The notes below the pieces were generated by a model. That model made no database searches. It was not told where the DNA came from and saw nothing but the letters and a program-made list of their open reading frames with translations. The position numbers were made by a program, and so were the translations under genes. A DNA stretch of 64,000 bases from positions 32,001 through 96,000 of the forward strand of contig QMRC01000005.1 of NCBI GenBank assembly GCA_003649205.1, in the 5' to 3' direction. Numbering within the stretch: the stretch's first letter is position 1; each line of letters begins with the position of its first letter. Source of the DNA: Thermoprotei archaeon (GTDB taxonomy: Archaea; Thermoproteota; Thermoprotei; Thermoproteales; B15-G16). Positions 59,644-64,000 of the stretch are shown piece by piece.

Positions 59644-60360
59644 ATGAGGGGGAAGGTCATAGTTATCGGCCATAGAGGAGCTCCAAGGTACGAACCTGAG
59701 AACACGATACCGAGTTTTCTGAAGGCGATAGAGCTAGGCGTAGATCTAGTTGAGTGTGATGTGAGGCTCACAAGGGATCTGGTACCTGTGGTCTTTCATG
59801 ATGAGGATCTAGCAAGACTTCTAGGAGTGAGGGTTAAGGTACGAGAGCTAACAGTAAGTGAGTTGAAGAGATACAGGATTAGGGGAAGAGAAATACCAAC
59901 TCTAGAAGAGGTACTCAATGCACTCAAGTGTAGGTGTGGTCTCATAGTTGAGATCAAGGAGAGGGATTCAGTGGATACAGTACTGAACGTATTGAGGAAG
60001 GTAGGAGTACTTGGCTGTGGAAAGCCAATATACGTAGCTTCCTTCTACCACACAGTAGTTAGGTACGCAACAGAAGTAGAGCCGAGAGTTCGAGGAATAG
60101 CTATCATATCCTGTGAACCAGTTGACCCAGTACACATAGCTAGAGAGGCAGGTGCTGAGATGCTAGCAGTCAGGTACTTGTACATAACGAGAGATCTAGT
60201 TGATAAGGCTAAGAGAGCAGATGTAAAGGTAATGGCATGGACAGTAAATGACGTAGACGTACTCAGGAGGCTCATAGAGAAAGGAGTAGATGCAGTAGCA
60301 ACAGACGACCCTAAGCTAGTAATCAGCTACCTCAAGCACTTAAGTACTCACGAAGAATAA
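59644..60360 (+). CDS. Glycerophosphodiester phosphodiesterase family
   Basis: GHRG, PENT, ECDV, HD, VEIK, WTVN, TDDP. Confidence 0.93.
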   Translation: MRGKVIVIGHRGAPRYEPENTIPSFLKAIELGVDLVECDVRLTRDLVPVVFHDEDLARLLGVRVKVRELTVSELKRYRIRGREIPTLEEVLNALKCRCGLIVEIKERDSVDTVLNVLRKVGVLGCGKPIYVASFYHTVVRYATEVEPRVRGIAIISCEPVDPVHIAREAGAEMLAVRYLYITRDLVDKAKRADVKVMAWTVNDVDVLRRLIEKGVDAVATDDPKLVISYLKHLSTHEE

Positions 60361-60985
60361 GGTAACTCCACAGAGAATTAATATTGAGAAAAACATACCT
60401 ACCAAATAACCTACACACTTCTTCAGCAGAAACGTAGACAATACCTGGAATTGAACGAACAACATCAGACATAGAGAAAGAGAAACCAAGCAGTAACCTC
60501 CTTAACCAAGAACGTAGAAAACGAAGAATAGCGGTAGAGTAGCAAGCAACAAAAGGCTCAAGACAACCACAAGACCAAACAGGAACACAAGCAACACCAC
60601 CACGAGATCTACATTCCTGAACTAAGTACCTAAGCAACGCAGAACTAACGAAAGGGTTATCACAGGAAACAACAGCAACAAAGCACTTACCAAGCAAACT
60701 CTCAACGAAATCAAGAATAGAGAACAAGCCAACAACAGGATGACTATACGAATCCAAGACATCACGAATAACAAACCAACGATCAAAACACGAACCAAAC
60801 CTAGACAAAATATGACGCCAGAAATCACGCTGATACCCCTCACGAACACAAACCACCAATACATCACAACCACACAATCTCCTCAATAACAAATCAGCAA
60901 CAGAAAAACCACCAACATCAAGACAAGCCTTATACACACCCAACCTACTCGAACCACCACCAGCAACAACACCAACAACAAACAT
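60332..60985 (-). CDS. mobA: Molybdenum cofactor guanylyltransferase (divergent)
   Basis: VAGGGSSRLG..KA, SCDNPF, LEPFVACY, FLNINS. Confidence 0.75.
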   Translation of the reverse strand: MFVVGVVAGGGSSRLGVYKACLDVGGFSVADLLLRRLCGCDVLVVCVREGYQRDFWRHILSRFGSCFDRWFVIRDVLDSYSHPVVGLFSILDFVESLLGKCFVAVVSCDNPFVSSALLRYLVQECRSRGGVACVPVWSCGCLEPFVACYSTAILRFLRSWLRRLLLGFSFSMSDVVRSIPGIVYVSAEEVCRLFGRYVFLNINSLWSYLILREYLSA

Positions 60986-61052
60986 AGTAGCTCAAGGTAA
61001 AGAAACCTGAAAACTACAAAACAGTTAATCAAGATACCTCAACAATTCAAAC

Positions 61053-61069
61053 ATATAACTGTGTTATAT
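61053..61069. promoter_or_regulatory. Inverted repeat ATATAAC-tgt-GTTATAT in the divergent mobA/DUF2193 intergenic region
   Basis: Perfect 7-bp arms with 3-nt spacer. Confidence 0.4.
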
Positions 61070-61199
61070 TTTTCTATCTATAGCACAAAATTAATCGGTA
61101 TATTTTCTCCTGCACATTTAATAGGGTATTCAGGAATAGCTAGCTCATGTACTAACTTATAAGTATGAGTAAAAATTAATTTGTAACGAGGTCGTCCCT

Positions 61200-62768
61200 A
61201 TGTCAGTTCCACCAGAGGTTATTAAGAAGATGGTTGAGGATGCAATAGCAGTGCAGAGAGCTGACATAGGTGTCATTAAGGAAAAGAGAGGAACAAAATT
61301 CACAATACCAGATGCACTACCGTACGTAGAAGCAGTAAGGAAGATGGCACCAGTAGGGCCAATGAAGAAAGAGGTCATTGACCTACATGTAAACTCGGTG
61401 GTAGCACACTACGAGATACTGAACGAAATTGCAAAGGATAAGACAATTAGACCAGAAGACGACCCATTTGTAGAACATTACCAGACACCAGTAGTACTGA
61501 AGATACTGTATGAACTAGATCCAAAGTTCAGAGAAGCAGTAGAGACCTTCGTTAAGGAGCTAGAGAAGAGAAGGGATCTAATTGGTAGAGAAGCAATGAG
61601 AAAGTACTGTGGCTTCTACGGACCAACCTGTGTTGTAGACTTCGCATACTCAGTAGGTGGTATGTCAGGACTCTTCGCCTACATCCTAGAGAAAGTACCA
61701 ATAGACAAGAAGTACAAAGAGGCAATACTAGCGGCAAAGAGCTGGGGTATGAACACAAGCTACGGCTTCGGCGCTAAGTTCATATCAGCAATTGAAGCAG
61801 GTAAGACACTAGAGGAAGCACTCAGCGCAGAGATCGAGATGTTGAAGAAGATCTGGCTAACACCAGTGGAAGCACAGGTAGAGGTGATGAAGGAAGCTGG
61901 TCACATTAGCTTTGACCCAGCAGAGTACATGAAGAGGTATGAGCAGAGGATTAGACCATATGTAAAGGCAGCACTAGATGCTGGTGTGCATCCAGGTAAC
62001 ATCTGTGTGGTACCGGCGTACTGTGTTGGTGATGTAGGACACCACATAGCCCAGTCAATGTACAATATGGCGAAGGACGACGTCGTAATGGCGATAATGG
62101 AGGCTGTAACAGAGGTTATGATATCAACACTAGAGACAGCACTAAAGGAGGGCAAGCTAAAGAGTGAGTATGATGTACTGAGAGTAGCAACAGGTTCAAC
62201 AGCCGCAGCAGTAGCATACATAGCTGAGCAAGACGGCTTCAGCGCATCAATGATAATTGACCTACTAGTGAAGAGGTTCTTCAACCTAGTCCTGAAGTCA
62301 CCAGCAAGAGGTGTAGCAGCTGAACTACACAACGTAGACTTCATGGACATGCTACTGAGGGGCTGGAAGATAATTACACCAAAACCATGGGGAAGAGGTG
62401 GAGAGGTAATTAAAGGTGTTAAGGTAGATCTAACACCAATCGAGAAGAATGAAGTACTCAAGAACCCACAGAGATACACCTATCCAGGCTGTGCAATTAC
62501 AGTGAGGTTCTCAGCACTAATGAGATTAGCGGACTTCCCATGCCTACTAACAAGTGAGCCAGTAACAGCAACACTCAACACCTACATCGTAGCACTACGT
62601 CCAGAGACCGTGATTTCACCACCACCAATATGTAAGAGCTGTGCACCAAGCTTCATACTAACAGGAAGATGTATCCACTGCTACTACAGAAGAGTAATTG
62701 CTAAGGAAGTACCACTAGTGAGTGTCTTTGCAGATGGAGTCCTTGGAGGAGCCGGAGCACTAGGTTAA
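61200..62768 (+). CDS. DUF2193-family protein with C-terminal CxxC...CxxC
   Basis: PEDDPFVEHYQTP, GFYGPTCVVDFA, SWGMNTSYG, PAYCVGD, YPGCAITVRFSALMRLADFPCLLTSEP. Confidence 0.8.
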   Translation: MSVPPEVIKKMVEDAIAVQRADIGVIKEKRGTKFTIPDALPYVEAVRKMAPVGPMKKEVIDLHVNSVVAHYEILNEIAKDKTIRPEDDPFVEHYQTPVVLKILYELDPKFREAVETFVKELEKRRDLIGREAMRKYCGFYGPTCVVDFAYSVGGMSGLFAYILEKVPIDKKYKEAILAAKSWGMNTSYGFGAKFISAIEAGKTLEEALSAEIEMLKKIWLTPVEAQVEVMKEAGHISFDPAEYMKRYEQRIRPYVKAALDAGVHPGNICVVPAYCVGDVGHHIAQSMYNMAKDDVVMAIMEAVTEVMISTLETALKEGKLKSEYDVLRVATGSTAAAVAYIAEQDGFSASMIIDLLVKRFFNLVLKSPARGVAAELHNVDFMDMLLRGWKIITPKPWGRGGEVIKGVKVDLTPIEKNEVLKNPQRYTYPGCAITVRFSALMRLADFPCLLTSEPVTATLNTYIVALRPETVISPPPICKSCAPSFILTGRCIHCYYRRVIAKEVPLVSVFADGVLGGAGALG

Positions 62769-62869
62769 ACGAGAACCATCCTATTAACTCATCCCTATAA
62801 CCAATCAATTTTTACCAACCCTTACCTCTCCTTCACGAGAAGAATGGGATTACCTTTACCTAGTCAATA

Positions 62870-62914
62870 ATATGTATATTTATCACTATATATACATATA
62901 GAGACTTATATAAA
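62870..62914 (+). promoter_or_regulatory. Aquaporin promoter: 10-bp inverted repeat followed by TATA box
   Basis: ATATGTATAT (62870-62879) and ATATACATAT (62890-62899), then TTATATAAA at 62906-62914, about 30 nt before the start. Confidence 0.55.
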
Positions 62915-62942
62915 CCCCCAATACGCTACAACTACGGGGAAG

Positions 62943-63674
62943 GTGGGCGGTATGGCCGCTAAGAGTCAACCAACCATAGCACAGATGTTCATATCAGAGC
63001 TCATTGGTACCTTTGCACTAACATTCTTCGGTGCTGGATCGGTGATATCTTTCCCAGCAGTAATGGGGCCAGGACCAGCAGCACTATTTGCTATTGGTGC
63101 TACTTTCGGTTTCATTATTGCAATAATGATATACGCTACAGGTCACATTTCAGGGACTCATATTAATCCATCAGTAACAATTGGTTTACTAGCCGTTAGG
63201 AGATTTCCAGGTAAGCTAGTTGCACCATACATAGTAGCTCAGTGTATTGGTGGTATTCTAGCTGGTCTATGCCTATATGCATGCTACCCAGTAGCAGGTA
63301 GAAAAGTGCACTTCGGCTCAACACTACCGAACTACACCCTAGGTGTTACAGATGGTGCTGCTGTACTGATTGAGATTTTACTAACTTTCTGGCTACTTTT
63401 CGTGATCATGGGTACTGCTGTTGACAAGAGAGCACCACCAGGATGGGCTGGTTTCGCAATAGGTTTCACTGTTGCATGTGATATCTGGGTGGGCGGTCCA
63501 CTAACAGGTTCAAGTCTTAACTTCGCTAGATCACTAGGACCTGCTATTGCAGCAGCCATTGCAGGTGACTTCATACCATTAGCAAAGCTGTGGATTTACT
63601 TGGTAGGTCCAATTATTGGTGGTGTACTCGGAGCTGTAATCTACGAGTACTGCTTCAAACCAGCAAGATCGTAG
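62943..63674 (+). CDS. MIP/aquaporin family channel with NPS/NFA motifs
   Basis: ELIGTF, ISGTHINPSVT, GSSLNFARSLGP, WIYLVGPIIG. Confidence 0.93.
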   Translation: MGGMAAKSQPTIAQMFISELIGTFALTFFGAGSVISFPAVMGPGPAALFAIGATFGFIIAIMIYATGHISGTHINPSVTIGLLAVRRFPGKLVAPYIVAQCIGGILAGLCLYACYPVAGRKVHFGSTLPNYTLGVTDGAAVLIEILLTFWLLFVIMGTAVDKRAPPGWAGFAIGFTVACDIWVGGPLTGSSLNFARSLGPAIAAAIAGDFIPLAKLWIYLVGPIIGGVLGAVIYEYCFKPARS

Positions 63675-63710
63675 GAAGTTAAGAGGTAGGAGGAGGGTAG
63701 TGAGTAATTC

Positions 63711-63730
63711 CTCTCTTTTTCCCTTCTTTG
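63711..63730 (+). terminator. Pyrimidine/T-rich archaeal terminator candidate after aquaporin
   Basis: CTCTCTTTTTCCCTTCTTTG between convergent genes. Confidence 0.4.
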
Positions 63731-63744
63731 TACTAACTCAAATA

Positions 63745-64000
63745 TTATCTATTTCGTTGCTGTGCTGTTTGTTGTGGTTGTGTTGCTACCTGCGGTTTAT
63801 AGTGTGGACAGAAGTACTTGTATGGACACTCTCCACACTCTCTGGGATCTCGTGGTGATGACCAGCTCTCTATGAGCTTTCTAACATCCTCATCTGTGAA
63901 CTCTTCCGTTACCTCTACTTCACGTATTCCCCTTGGTGATAGGTAGAGTATGTAGGCTTTCTTAGCTCCTGTAACCCACTTATAGAGCTTTACCTGCATT
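63745..64000 (-). CDS. C-terminal part of a Cas4-like nuclease, truncated by window edge
   Basis: QVKLY (QxxxY) and CGECPYKYFC (CxxCx5C) motifs. Confidence 0.7.
   Translation of the reverse strand, partial: MQVKLYKWVTGAKKAYILYLSPRGIREVEVTEEFTDEDVRKLIESWSSPRDPRECGECPYKYFCPHYKPQVATQPQQTAQQRNR

Overview
Gene-dense chromosomal segment of a (hyper)thermophilic archaeon, most consistent with Thermoprotei (inferred from GGTGA-type ribosome-binding sites, very GC-rich structural RNAs with encoded CCA, a structural tRNA-splicing endonuclease subunit, and crenarchaeal-type ATPase and AbrB proteins). It carries tRNA-Asn(GTT), tRNA-Gln(TTG) and an SRP (7S) RNA with an atypical Alu domain. A ~3 kb integrase-less island is bounded by a 53-bp direct repeat of the tRNA-Asn 3' half and carries a split McrC-like nuclease plus a Panacea-like/PIN-zinc-ribbon gene pair. 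Other modules are a CstA-ArsA/Get3 cluster, an XPD-like helicase/membrane HerA/coiled-coil operon, and a GH113-GT2 glycan locus. The main feature is a ~17.6 kb tetrahydromethanopterin/methanofuran C1-transfer cluster (mch, fwdC, fwdA, fused fwdD-fwdB, ftr, RimK/MptN-like, CitG-like, CofE-like, mobA). It is interleaved with two convergent nucleotidyltransferase paralogs, a B12 radical SAM enzyme, a phosphodiesterase, a DUF2193 protein and an aquaporin with non-canonical NPA motifs. All family calls come from motif recognition by eye; no database search was run.
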